From an uncultured virus (IMG/VR IMGVR_UViG_3300030106_002968) (Duplodnaviria > Heunggongvirae > Uroviricota > Caudoviricetes): 64,000 nucleotides of DNA. The notes beneath the pieces were generated by a model, which saw nothing but the letters and a program-made list of their open reading frames with translations, was not told the DNA's origin and ran no database searches. The number at the start of each line of letters is the position of its first letter. Position 1 is the stretch's first letter. The stretch lies in IMG/VR virus record IMGVR_UViG_3300030106_002968. One strand, given 5' to 3'. Both the position numbers and the translations under genes were made by a program. Shown piece by piece: positions 28,713-38,286 of this stretch.

Positions 28713-30212
28713 ATGGATAAAGTATGTTTTGTGATACCATCAGTTGGTAAAAGGGCGTATCAAGATTTAGCGAAAACACATTCAGCAATAGAACCACCAA
28801 CATGGGCTTTATTGTTGGCTAATGCTGTTCGTAAAAAAAATTATGACCCTATAATATTAGACTATGAGGCTGATTATAAACCAGACGAAGAAGCTGCTGA
28901 TGAGATAGAATCATATAAACCAAGGTTAGTTGTATTTGTTTTATATGGGCAAAATCCAAATTCAGGCACTACAATGATGATTGGTGCCTCAACACTTGCA
29001 AAACAAATTAAATTAAGTCACCCAAACTTAAAGATTGCTTTTATAGGATCACACGCTTCAGCTCTACCGAATGAAGTCGCATCACAAGACTATTGTGATT
29101 TTGCATTTATTAATGAGGGCGTAATTGGTTTATTAGATTTACTACGAACTGATTTAGAGAATAAATTAGATAAAGTGCCTGGTATGTGGTATAAACATCG
29201 TGGTTTAGCTAGACCATCAGAGCGTGGTGAAATAGTCAAAACAGAATACATGGATCAGATAATGCCTGGTTATGCTTGGGATCTAATAGACTTAAAAAAA
29301 TACAGAGCACATTTTTGGCACTCTAATTTTTCACACGAAAATAGAACACCATTTGCGGCCTTGTATACCTCATTAGGTTGTTCTTTTGGTTGTAATTTTT
29401 GTATGATTAATATTGTAAATAGAACATCACATGATAGTGATATCACATCAGTTAATTCAAGAGGCATGAGATTCTGGAGTCCAGAACTTATACTTAGAGA
29501 ATTAGAATATCTTTATCTTCAAGGCGTAAGAACTTGCAGAATTACTGATGAAATGTTTTTTCTCAATAGAAAATATTATGTGCCTATTTTAGAAGGTATA
29601 ATTAAAAGAGGTATGAAGTTTAACTTTTGGGCATATGCAAGAGTTGACTCTGTAAGAAAAGATCAACTTGAACTTTTTAAAGAAGCTGGTGTCAATTGGT
29701 TATGTCTTGGTATAGAAGCGGGTAATCAACAAATTAGATTAGAGATTGATAAAGGTAGATTTAAACAAGTAAATATTCGTGATGTAGTTCAGAACATAAA
29801 AAATGCTGGTATAAACATTCTTGGTAATTATATGTTTGGTTTTCCTGAAGAGAACTATGAGAATATGCAAGAGACATTAGACTTGGCTCTTGAACTGAAT
29901 ACAGAACACGCAAACTTTTATGCAGCTATGGCATTGCCAGGAAGCCCTTTACATTTATATGCGAGACAACAAGGTTGGGATATACCAGAGAGATATGAAG
30001 AGTATGCTTTCTTATCTTATGATTGTCGGCCGTTGCGTACTAAGTATTTAACAGGTGCTGAAGTTTTAAGATTTAGAGATGAGGCATGGCACAAATACTT
30101 TACACATAAACCATTCTTAGATTTAGTAGAAACTAAATTTGGTATAGAATCAAGAAATAATGTTGTAGAATTAGAAAAGATTAAACTGAAAAGAAAAATA
30201 CTTGGAGATTGA
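28713..30212 (+). CDS. Cobalamin-binding radical SAM enzyme (class B methyltransferase-like)
   Basis: N-terminal B12-binding-like domain (GSHASALP), CxxxCxxC motif GCSFGCNFC, LGIEAG, ALPGSPL. Confidence 0.88.
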   Translation: MDKVCFVIPSVGKRAYQDLAKTHSAIEPPTWALLLANAVRKKNYDPIILDYEADYKPDEEAADEIESYKPRLVVFVLYGQNPNSGTTMMIGASTLAKQIKLSHPNLKIAFIGSHASALPNEVASQDYCDFAFINEGVIGLLDLLRTDLENKLDKVPGMWYKHRGLARPSERGEIVKTEYMDQIMPGYAWDLIDLKKYRAHFWHSNFSHENRTPFAALYTSLGCSFGCNFCMINIVNRTSHDSDITSVNSRGMRFWSPELILRELEYLYLQGVRTCRITDEMFFLNRKYYVPILEGIIKRGMKFNFWAYARVDSVRKDQLELFKEAGVNWLCLGIEAGNQQIRLEIDKGRFKQVNIRDVVQNIKNAGINILGNYMFGFPEENYENMQETLDLALELNTEHANFYAAMALPGSPLHLYARQQGWDIPERYEEYAFLSYDCRPLRTKYLTGAEVLRFRDEAWHKYFTHKPFLDLVETKFGIESRNNVVELEKIKLKRKILGD

Positions 30213-30213
30213 T

Positions 30214-31008
30214 ATGAATAATAGTGAATTACAGAATTTAGCTCACGAATATAGAAAAGAGCTATTTGAAAAGTTTGTGAAAGTGGGTCAAGGGCATCCA
30301 GGTTCTACCTTTTCTATGGTTGAAATTGCCACAACATTGTATCACGGTGATTATGTAAGGCCAGAATGGGACAAAGTTCTAATTAGTAAAGGTCATGCCA
30401 CAGTTACACTTTACCCAATACTTACGAAGTTAGGTATTATACCACAAAAAGATTGGGATAATTGGGGCTCAACTGAATCATGTCTTAGAGTTTTTGGTAA
30501 TATATCAATACCTGGTATTGACGTTACATCAGGCTCATTAGGTCATGGTATTGGTGTTGGTCTTGGTATGTCTATGGCTAGTATGCACAAAGAATACTAC
30601 ACTAAAAATGTTTATGTTGTAATTAGTGAAGGTGAACTATATGAAGGTTCTACATGGGAAGCTTTACTCTTTGCATCACATCACAAGCCAAAAAATTTAA
30701 CAATCTTTATTGACATCAATAATCTAATCATACTAGGTAAAACAAAAGATTGTGTAAATTTAGAACCAATCAAAGATAAGATAGAAGGTTTTGGTTTTGA
30801 CATATATGATGTTGATGGCCATGATGTAGGTCAAATCAAAGATGCACTAGATAAAAAAACAGAAACAACAAAAGTTATATTGGCAAGAACAGTAAAAGGT
30901 AAAGGTTTTTCTCTCATGGAAAACCAACCTCATTGGCATTATATGAATAAAATGAGTGAAGAAGAAATTGAACAATGTCGTAAGGAGATTAATAATGTAC
31001 CAGCGTGA
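30214..31008 (+). CDS. Transketolase-like TPP enzyme, N-terminal subunit
   Basis: GHPGS, SKGH, SGSLGHG, SEGELYEGSTWEA, TVKGKG; ATG at 30214 after GGAG. Confidence 0.92.
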   Translation: MNNSELQNLAHEYRKELFEKFVKVGQGHPGSTFSMVEIATTLYHGDYVRPEWDKVLISKGHATVTLYPILTKLGIIPQKDWDNWGSTESCLRVFGNISIPGIDVTSGSLGHGIGVGLGMSMASMHKEYYTKNVYVVISEGELYEGSTWEALLFASHHKPKNLTIFIDINNLIILGKTKDCVNLEPIKDKIEGFGFDIYDVDGHDVGQIKDALDKKTETTKVILARTVKGKGFSLMENQPHWHYMNKMSEEEIEQCRKEINNVPA

Positions 31009-31915
31009 TGCTTTTATTGAAAGAGTAAAAGAAAATATGAAGTTTGATAAAGACATCTATTTTCTAAGTGCAGACTTTGGGGCACCAGCTCTTGATGATT
31101 TAAGAATATATTACCCAAATAACTTCATACATTGTGGTATATCAGAACAAGCCATGATTGATATGGCTGTAGGTCTAGCACTTGAAGGTAAAAAAGTTTT
31201 TTGTTATGCGATGGCACCATTTCTTTCAATGAGAGCCTTAGAACAAATTAAATGCGGACCTGGTATTATGAATTTACCAATATGTCTTATATCAGTTGGT
31301 GTTGGCATAGGCTATTGTGATTCAGGACCTACACACTATGTAACAGAAGAGTATGCCTGCCTAAGGTCGATTGTGGGTTCTAATATTTACACAGCTTCAG
31401 ATTCTATTACTGCAAAAAATATAGCAAAAAGATTATTAGACAATCCAGAGTTTGCATATGTTAGATTAGATAGAGATGAACTGCCTAAAATATATGATGA
31501 ACTTGATACACATACTGGTCAAATCAGAGGTGTTTATGTACATAATCCTAAGGAAAAAGATTTTAAACTTTTAATATCTCATGGTAAAATGTCTCATGTC
31601 TGTAAACAAATTTCAGACACAAACGATAACTTTGCCTTTGCAGATATTTTAAAGTCAAAGCCTTTTCCTGTTGATATAGAACTTACAGAACAAATAACAA
31701 AGTGTGATGGCATTGTTGTAGTAGATGAACAAACACCATCAGGCTCTTTAGCATCAGCTGTTTGGGAATGGACAAGTGCTAATGGTTTATTTCCTAAGAT
31801 AAAGTCTGTTACTTTACCTGAAACATATATTTTTGAAAATGGTGGTAGGGAGTATTTACTCAACAAAAATAATTTGTCAAAAGAAAATATTATATCACAA
31901 TCTCAGAGGTTCTAA
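30995..31915 (+). CDS. Transketolase-like, pyrimidine-binding/C-terminal subunit
   Basis: LSADFG, GISEQAM, RALEQIK, GPTH; ATG at 30995 after AAGGAG. Confidence 0.9.
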   Translation: MYQRDAFIERVKENMKFDKDIYFLSADFGAPALDDLRIYYPNNFIHCGISEQAMIDMAVGLALEGKKVFCYAMAPFLSMRALEQIKCGPGIMNLPICLISVGVGIGYCDSGPTHYVTEEYACLRSIVGSNIYTASDSITAKNIAKRLLDNPEFAYVRLDRDELPKIYDELDTHTGQIRGVYVHNPKEKDFKLLISHGKMSHVCKQISDTNDNFAFADILKSKPFPVDIELTEQITKCDGIVVVDEQTPSGSLASAVWEWTSANGLFPKIKSVTLPETYIFENGGREYLLNKNNLSKENIISQSQRF

Positions 31916-32890
31916 ATGATTATATCTAAAACACCATATCGCTTATCTTTATTTGGCGGTGGTACTGATTACCCTGAGTGGTATTCTTCAAATAGGTCTG
32001 AGATTATTACAGCTGCGATAGACAATCATTGTTATCTAAGTGTAAAAAATTTACCACCTTATTTTAGCTACAAATATAGAATAGCTTATTCAAGAATAGA
32101 AATGGTAAATGACATTGATGATATTGACCACCCATCTGTAAGAAACTGTTTAAAGTATTTAAATATAGAAGATGGTTTATCATTCACACACGATGGTGAA
32201 ATTCCTGCACGGTCTGGTGTGGGTTCTAGTTCTGCTTTTACAGTAGGCTTGCTTAATGCTTTGTTTCGTTTAAAAGGTGTGCAATTAAATAAAAAAGACT
32301 TAGCACAAAAAGCAATCTATGTTGAGCAGTTTATGAATGGTGAGTCAGTTGGTATACAAGATCAAATAGCAGCTGCATATGGTGGTTTAAATAAAATTAC
32401 TGCTGGTCCAGGCAGAGATTGGGATGTAGAGCCTTTGAATGTATCAGATGAATATATTAAAGAGTTAGAAAATCACATACTCTTAGGTTTTTCTGGTAAA
32501 AGTAGACTCTCTGATGTTCAAGCCAAAAAACAGGTAAATGCTGTGCATAGAAATAAAGGTATCTTAGAAGAAATAATGGGTATAACTAGTATAGCAATGA
32601 ACAGATTAGAAAATGAAGATTCTATGGATAAAATAGGTCAAATGATAGGTGCGACATGGAGATTTAAGAAAACACTCACAAACGGATTAACAAATGATAA
32701 ATTAGATGATATAATAAGTATATCAGAGAAAAGTGGGTCACTAGGTGGTAAACTCATGGGTGCTGGCGGTGGTGGCTTCTTTATGTTTATTGTGCCACCA
32801 GAGAAACAGGAAGATTTTAAAAAAACAATCAATAAGATAAAAGTGTGGATACCATTTAGATTAAATACAAAAGGTAGTGAAATATTATGA
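31916..32890 (+). CDS. GHMP sugar kinase (HddA-like heptose-7-phosphate kinase)
   Basis: TPYRLSLFGGGTD, PARSGVGSSS, GIQDQ, GGKLMGAGGGGF. Confidence 0.9.
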   Translation: MIISKTPYRLSLFGGGTDYPEWYSSNRSEIITAAIDNHCYLSVKNLPPYFSYKYRIAYSRIEMVNDIDDIDHPSVRNCLKYLNIEDGLSFTHDGEIPARSGVGSSSAFTVGLLNALFRLKGVQLNKKDLAQKAIYVEQFMNGESVGIQDQIAAAYGGLNKITAGPGRDWDVEPLNVSDEYIKELENHILLGFSGKSRLSDVQAKKQVNAVHRNKGILEEIMGITSIAMNRLENEDSMDKIGQMIGATWRFKKTLTNGLTNDKLDDIISISEKSGSLGGKLMGAGGGGFFMFIVPPEKQEDFKKTINKIKVWIPFRLNTKGSEIL

Positions 32891-34056
32891 AACACCCGTT
32901 GATGAAAAATAATTTAAATCGTGAAGATTTAGATTTAGTCATAGAACATTTAAAACAAAATGATCCTAAACTTACCAGCGGGCCAATCTGTAGAGAATTT
33001 GAAGAAGATTGGTGCGATTGGTTAGGTGTAAAACATAGTGTGTTTGTAAATTCTGGTTCATCTGCTAATTTACTTTCACTTACTTGTTTGAAACTAAGAT
33101 ATCCAAAAGGTGGTGAGGTTATAGTTTCACCTTTGAATTGGGTGTCAGATATATCTGCCATATTACAAACTGGTTTTAAACCTGTATTTGTTGATATAGA
33201 TTTAGATACTTTATCACTTGATAATCAAAAAGTATTAGAGGCAATCACAAGTGAAACTAGAGCGGTTTTGTTTTCTCATATACAAGGTTTTGATGGCTAT
33301 GATGATGAACTTTTAATTGAATTAGAAAAACGAGATATAAAATTAATTGAAGATGTTTGTGAATCTCATGGCGCCTTACATAATAGGCAACCAATAGGTT
33401 CTTTTGGTTGGATGTCTAACTTCTCATTCTATTACGCACATCATATGACCACAATAGAAGGTGGTATGGTATGCACTAATGATGAAGTCATGTATGAAAA
33501 TTTAAGAATGTTAAGATCACATGGCATGGTTCGTGAGGCAGATGATACATCTTTAAAAGCAGGGTATAAAGCTTTATATCCAGATTTAAACCCAGATTTT
33601 ATTTTTGCTTTTCCAGCATACAATATGAGAAACACGGAAATAGGTGCAATTATAGGTAGAAATCAACTAATAAGATTAAATGACTATATCGTAAAAAGAA
33701 CATCTAATCTATTTTTATTTTTGAATCTCCTGAAGTCAGATATATATAAGACAGACTTTAAAACAGAGGGCTCTAGTAATTATGCCTTCAATTGTATACT
33801 TAAAGAACCTGATGATTACTTAATGAAAAAAATTATGAATAGAATGGACGAGAAAGGTATTGAATATAGGAGAGGTAGTGCCGGAGGTGGTAATCAATTA
33901 AGACAACCTTATCTTAAAAGTATAATGCCTGATAAACATTGGGAAAAATTTCCTAATACAGAGCACGTTCATTTTTATGGTTTTTATGTTGGTAACTACC
34001 CCTCATTAACACAAGGTGATATTATAAACCTTACTCATGAATTAAATTTACACTAA
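32887..34056 (+). CDS. DegT/DnrJ-family PLP enzyme, ColD/RfbH-like NDP-4-keto-6-deoxysugar 3-dehydratase
   Basis: NSGSSAN, EDVCESHGA, and SFYYAHHMTTIEGG with His at the usual Schiff-base Lys position. Confidence 0.85.
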   Translation: MKHPLMKNNLNREDLDLVIEHLKQNDPKLTSGPICREFEEDWCDWLGVKHSVFVNSGSSANLLSLTCLKLRYPKGGEVIVSPLNWVSDISAILQTGFKPVFVDIDLDTLSLDNQKVLEAITSETRAVLFSHIQGFDGYDDELLIELEKRDIKLIEDVCESHGALHNRQPIGSFGWMSNFSFYYAHHMTTIEGGMVCTNDEVMYENLRMLRSHGMVREADDTSLKAGYKALYPDLNPDFIFAFPAYNMRNTEIGAIIGRNQLIRLNDYIVKRTSNLFLFLNLLKSDIYKTDFKTEGSSNYAFNCILKEPDDYLMKKIMNRMDEKGIEYRRGSAGGGNQLRQPYLKSIMPDKHWEKFPNTEHVHFYGFYVGNYPSLTQGDIINLTHELNLH

Positions 34057-34997
34057 TGATGACAAAAAGAAATATACTTGTAACTGGCGGTGCTGGCTAT
34101 ATTGGCTCAATTTTAGTAGGCGAATTACTTAGATGCGGACACTATGTTACCGTAATTGATAACTTTATGTTCAAACAATCTAGTTTAAATAACTATTGTG
34201 TATTTAAAGATTTTAAAGTAGTAAAAGGTGATATTCGTGTTCAAGGCACACTTACAGAACATTTAAAAACTGCTGAGATAATTATACCTTTGGCAGCTCT
34301 AGTTGGTGCACCATTATGTGATATAGACCCAGTTAATGCTCACACTACAAATAAAATATCTCCGTTAGCAATGATGAATATGTTATCTAAAGAACAGATA
34401 GTTATTATGCCAACTACAAATAGTTTTTATGGCACATCATCAGAAGGTATTTGCACAGAAGAATCTGAAACAAATCCTATTTCATCATACGCAAAAGATA
34501 AATTAGACGTTGAAAAAAAATTAACAGACCACTCTAACTTTATTAGTTATCGTTTAGCCACAGTTTTTGGTATGTCGCCTAGAATGAGAACAGACTTATT
34601 AGTAAATGATTTTGTTTATAGGGCAGTAAAGGATAGTGCCGTTGTTTTATTTGAAAGTAATTTTAAGAGAAACTATATTCATGTAAGAGATGTTTGCAGA
34701 GCCTTTATATACGCAATAAATAACTATGATAAGATGAAAAATCAAATATATAATGTTGGTTTATCAGATGCTAATTTAAGTAAAAAAGAATTAGCTGAAA
34801 GAATTAAATCATTCTTACCTGAGTTTGTGATTGTTGAAAAAAACTTTAAGAAAGATAAAGACCAGAGAAACTACATCGTATCAAATGATAAATTAGAATC
34901 AACTGGTTTTATGACAATGTATAACTTAGATATAGGTATACAAGAGCTCATCAAAGGTTATAAGATGATTAGTAACAATGTATATGGAAACATTTAA
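34056..34997 (+). CDS. NAD-dependent NDP-sugar epimerase/dehydratase/reductase (extended SDR)
   Basis: TGGAGYIG, YxxxK (YAKDK), RLATVFG.SPRMR.DLLVN. Confidence 0.92.
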   Translation: MMTKRNILVTGGAGYIGSILVGELLRCGHYVTVIDNFMFKQSSLNNYCVFKDFKVVKGDIRVQGTLTEHLKTAEIIIPLAALVGAPLCDIDPVNAHTTNKISPLAMMNMLSKEQIVIMPTTNSFYGTSSEGICTEESETNPISSYAKDKLDVEKKLTDHSNFISYRLATVFGMSPRMRTDLLVNDFVYRAVKDSAVVLFESNFKRNYIHVRDVCRAFIYAINNYDKMKNQIYNVGLSDANLSKKELAERIKSFLPEFVIVEKNFKKDKDQRNYIVSNDKLESTGFMTMYNLDIGIQELIKGYKMISNNVYGNI

Positions 34998-35019
34998 TAT
35001 CTTCAAACCGGACACCGCT

Positions 35020-35048
35020 AGAATAACATTTGTCAACCCTTTTGTCAA
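35020..35048 (-). promoter_or_regulatory. Minus-strand sigma70-type promoter, antisense to the sugar cluster
   Basis: Reverse complement reads TTGACA -17 bp- TATTCT with a TGn extended -10; a second TTGACA lies in the spacer. Confidence 0.55.
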
Positions 35049-35056
35049 GAGAAAAT

Positions 35057-35668
35057 ATGAAGAAATACCCTAAATTATTTAAAGAACATGGATACATTCA
35101 TGTAAAGGAATTTATACCAAAAGAAGTGGGGAAATATCTTTTTGAATATTTAAAATTTTCAAGTCATGCTATGGTCTTAGCCAATCGTGTTGAACAAGGT
35201 TGGCACTCCGGTGATGGTGATGACCAAGTGCCTGGCTCTTTCGCACCAAGACATGGTGATATGGCTTTTCAGGCTTTGATGAGGCAAATGCGACCAAAGA
35301 TGGAAGAACTAACTGGTTTAAGCTTGTGTCCTACTTACACTTATGTTAGACTATATCGTATGGGAAACATTTTGAAAAAACATAAAGATAGACCATCATG
35401 TGAGATATCAGTAACAGTAAAATTATCTGACACAGGTGAATATAACTGGCCTATCTTTATGGAAGGTACAGAATGTAAACTAAGCGATGGTGATGCCGTG
35501 ATTTATAGAGGTTGTGATTTAGAGCATTGGCGTGAACCGTGTGAAGGTGGAAAAGATTATAGATTAGGGCAGGTGTTTTTACATTATATAAACAAAAATG
35601 GGCCACATTTCCCAGAATACGCATATGATAAAAAACCCTATGGTAAATTATTTGAAAGCGACTTATGA
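35057..35668 (+). CDS. 2OG-Fe(II) oxygenase
   Basis: PTYTYVRLY, HKDRPSCEIS (HxD), HWRE, QVFLHY. Confidence 0.85.
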   Translation: MKKYPKLFKEHGYIHVKEFIPKEVGKYLFEYLKFSSHAMVLANRVEQGWHSGDGDDQVPGSFAPRHGDMAFQALMRQMRPKMEELTGLSLCPTYTYVRLYRMGNILKKHKDRPSCEISVTVKLSDTGEYNWPIFMEGTECKLSDGDAVIYRGCDLEHWREPCEGGKDYRLGQVFLHYINKNGPHFPEYAYDKKPYGKLFESDL

Positions 35669-36171
35669 CAAAGAAAACAAATCATTACATAGATAACAAA
35701 CAATTTTTACAAGCACTCATAGATTATAAAGAGGCCTGCGAAAAAGTAGAACAAGACCCACCAATACCAAATTATATTGGCGAGTGTTTTTATAAGATTG
35801 CGGAACATTTATCAAGAAAACCAAACTTTATATCATACTCGTTTCGTGATGAGATGATTTCAGATGGCATAGAAAACTGCCTGATGTATTTTAGAAACTT
35901 TGACCCAAACAAAAGTAAAAACCCATTTGCATACTTTACACAAATCATATACTATGCCTTTTTAAGAAGAATTACAAAAGAAAAGAAACAGCTATATGTA
36001 AAATATAAGGCAACTGAACAGTATGGGCTTATAGAAGAGTTTGAAGAAATGCCTAATGGAGGCTTGAGACAATTTGAATTATATGATAATATAGCAGAGT
36101 TTATTCAAACATTTGAAGAAAACAAAAAGAAAAAAACTGAAAAGAAAAAGGGTATAGAAAAGTTTATATGA
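35665..36171 (+). CDS. gp55: Late-transcription sigma factor gp55
   Basis: HYIDNK.F, RDEMISDGIENC, NPFAYFTQIIYYAFLRRI.KEKKQ. Confidence 0.96.
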   Translation: MTKKTNHYIDNKQFLQALIDYKEACEKVEQDPPIPNYIGECFYKIAEHLSRKPNFISYSFRDEMISDGIENCLMYFRNFDPNKSKNPFAYFTQIIYYAFLRRITKEKKQLYVKYKATEQYGLIEEFEEMPNGGLRQFELYDNIAEFIQTFEENKKKKTEKKKGIEKFI

Positions 36172-36515
36172 GTCTCGTTTCCAAAGGTTGGGGTAGTGAA
36201 TTTATATGGGAGTCAAACGATTTATATTGCGGTAAATTTCTAAACTTTAAAGAGGGTGCAAGATTCTCTATGCACTTTCATAAAGAGAAAGATGAAACTT
36301 GGTACGTTTTAAAAGGCAAGTTTCTCGTTAAATATATTGACACTAAAACCTCAGAAGTAAAAGAAGAAGAGTTAGGTATGGGTGCCACATGGCGAAACAA
36401 GCCATTAGAACCTCACCAACTTTATTGTTTAGAAGAGGGCCAAATCATAGAAGTATCTACAAAAGATACAGCAGAAGATAATTACAGAGTTTTCCCTGGG
36501 GATTCACAGAAATGA
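36168..36515 (+). CDS. Cupin-fold protein (sugar isomerase-like)
   Basis: KGWGSE, YCGK, SMHFHKEKDETWY, PH, EVST...DNYRV.PGDSQ. Confidence 0.8.
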   Translation: MSLVSKGWGSEFIWESNDLYCGKFLNFKEGARFSMHFHKEKDETWYVLKGKFLVKYIDTKTSEVKEEELGMGATWRNKPLEPHQLYCLEEGQIIEVSTKDTAEDNYRVFPGDSQK

Positions 36516-37579
36516 AAATAGCTATATTAGGTGATACACACTTTGGTGCAAGAGGTGATTCATCAGACTTTCATAATTTTTTTGAAAAGTTTTACATGAA
36601 CACCTTTTTTCCATATCTAAAAGAAAATAATATTGATACAGTATTTCAGCTAGGCGATTTGTTTGATAGAAGAAAGTATATTAACTTCAATTCACTTTAT
36701 CGTTGCCGACAATACTTTTTTGATTTGGTTGCTGAGTATGACATAGACTTTTATACACTCTTAGGTAATCACGATATATCATATAAGAATACACTCAAAG
36801 TGAACTCATCAGAACTCCTTTTAAATGAATATAAGAATGTAACTGTTTATAGCGATTACGCACAGGTAGAATTTGATGGTCTTAAAATAGATGTAATACC
36901 ATGGCTCTGCAAAGAGAATGAGAAACAACTATTTGAAAAAATGAAAACAAGTGATTCACAATTTTGTTTTGGCCATTTTGACATAGATGGTTTTGAGATG
37001 TATCGTGGTAATGTTTGTTTAGGTGGCATACCAAAAGACAAGTTTCAAAAGTATGATACAGTTTTGACTGGCCATTTTCATCACAGGTCTACAAATGGTA
37101 ATATAACATATGTTGGTACACCATGTGAGATGATGTGGTCAGACTATAATGACGTAAAAGGTTTTCATATATTAGATACTGAAACAAGAGAGATGGAGTT
37201 CATAGAGAACCCGTATCAAATGTTTTACCGTATTAAGTATGATGATTCACAAACAGACTTTGAATACTGGAAAAATTATAATTACTCTAAAACAAAAGAC
37301 TCTTATGTTAAAATAGTAGTTCTGAATAAACAGAATCCATATCTGTTTGATTCTGTGCTTGATAACTTCTACAAAGCTGAAGTCGCTGACTTATCAATTG
37401 TAGAAGATTTTAGTGATATGAATTTTGGTGTTGATAAAGACATCATTAATCAGGCAGAAGATACAATGACAATTTTGTCAAAATATATAGATGACCTACC
37501 ATTGAATGTAGAACCTGAAAAATTGAAAAACATAATGAAAGAACTTTATGTTGAGGCTTTGAATGAGGAAAGAGTATGA
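36512..37579 (+). CDS. gp47: Recombination nuclease gp47 (Mre11/SbcD-like)
   Basis: GDTHFG, GDLFDRRK, GNHD, GHFH. Confidence 0.95.
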   Translation: MKIAILGDTHFGARGDSSDFHNFFEKFYMNTFFPYLKENNIDTVFQLGDLFDRRKYINFNSLYRCRQYFFDLVAEYDIDFYTLLGNHDISYKNTLKVNSSELLLNEYKNVTVYSDYAQVEFDGLKIDVIPWLCKENEKQLFEKMKTSDSQFCFGHFDIDGFEMYRGNVCLGGIPKDKFQKYDTVLTGHFHHRSTNGNITYVGTPCEMMWSDYNDVKGFHILDTETREMEFIENPYQMFYRIKYDDSQTDFEYWKNYNYSKTKDSYVKIVVLNKQNPYLFDSVLDNFYKAEVADLSIVEDFSDMNFGVDKDIINQAEDTMTILSKYIDDLPLNVEPEKLKNIMKELYVEALNEERV

Positions 37580-38286
37580 GTCATAGCTATAGAACAATAT
37601 ATAATTGGCCTGAAGAAAGACAAAGAAAATTTTATAATTGGTGTTATTGGGATAACGCTTTCAATGAAGAAGAGGTTGATTCGATAGTAAAATATATGGA
37701 CTCTCAAGAATTAGAGAGAGGCACAACCATAGGTCAAAAAAAACAAAAAGTTGATGTAAACAATAAGACTGAAATTATATCAACAGAGCCAAAAGACCCA
37801 AAAGATTGGCAACGACCAAATGAAAGAGTTAGAAAGTCTGATGTTAAGTTTATTAATTTTGAGAATGGCCAAGGTGAAGCAGATTGGATTTTTTTCAGAC
37901 TTAATAGTATTATAGAAAACATCAATAATCAATTTTATAATTTTGATATAAATGGTTATGAGAGTTTTCAATACACAGTTTATCACGACTATGAAAAAGG
38001 TAGATACGACTATCATATGGATACTATCATGGGTAAAAATTTACCACCAGATATGTATGAGTGTAGAAAATTATCAATAACATTTTTGCTAAATGAACCC
38101 GGCGTGGATTTTGAAGGTGGTGACTTTCAAATTAATAGCGGTCAAGAAAAAGACGCTGAAACAGTTGAATTGAAAAAGGGTAGAATAATAGTATTCCCAT
38201 CTTTCATGATACACCGTGTTGCACCTGTAACAAAAGGCACAAGAAAATCAATCGTTGTGTGGATTTTAGGCCCTAAATTTAAATGA
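37576..38286 (+). CDS. 2OG-Fe(II) oxygenase (prolyl-hydroxylase/PKHD-like)
   Basis: QYTVY, YDYHMD, RKLS, FEGGDF, FPSFMIHRVAPVTKGTRKSIV.W. Confidence 0.9.
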   Translation: MSHSYRTIYNWPEERQRKFYNWCYWDNAFNEEEVDSIVKYMDSQELERGTTIGQKKQKVDVNNKTEIISTEPKDPKDWQRPNERVRKSDVKFINFENGQGEADWIFFRLNSIIENINNQFYNFDINGYESFQYTVYHDYEKGRYDYHMDTIMGKNLPPDMYECRKLSITFLLNEPGVDFEGGDFQINSGQEKDAETVELKKGRIIVFPSFMIHRVAPVTKGTRKSIVVWILGPKFK

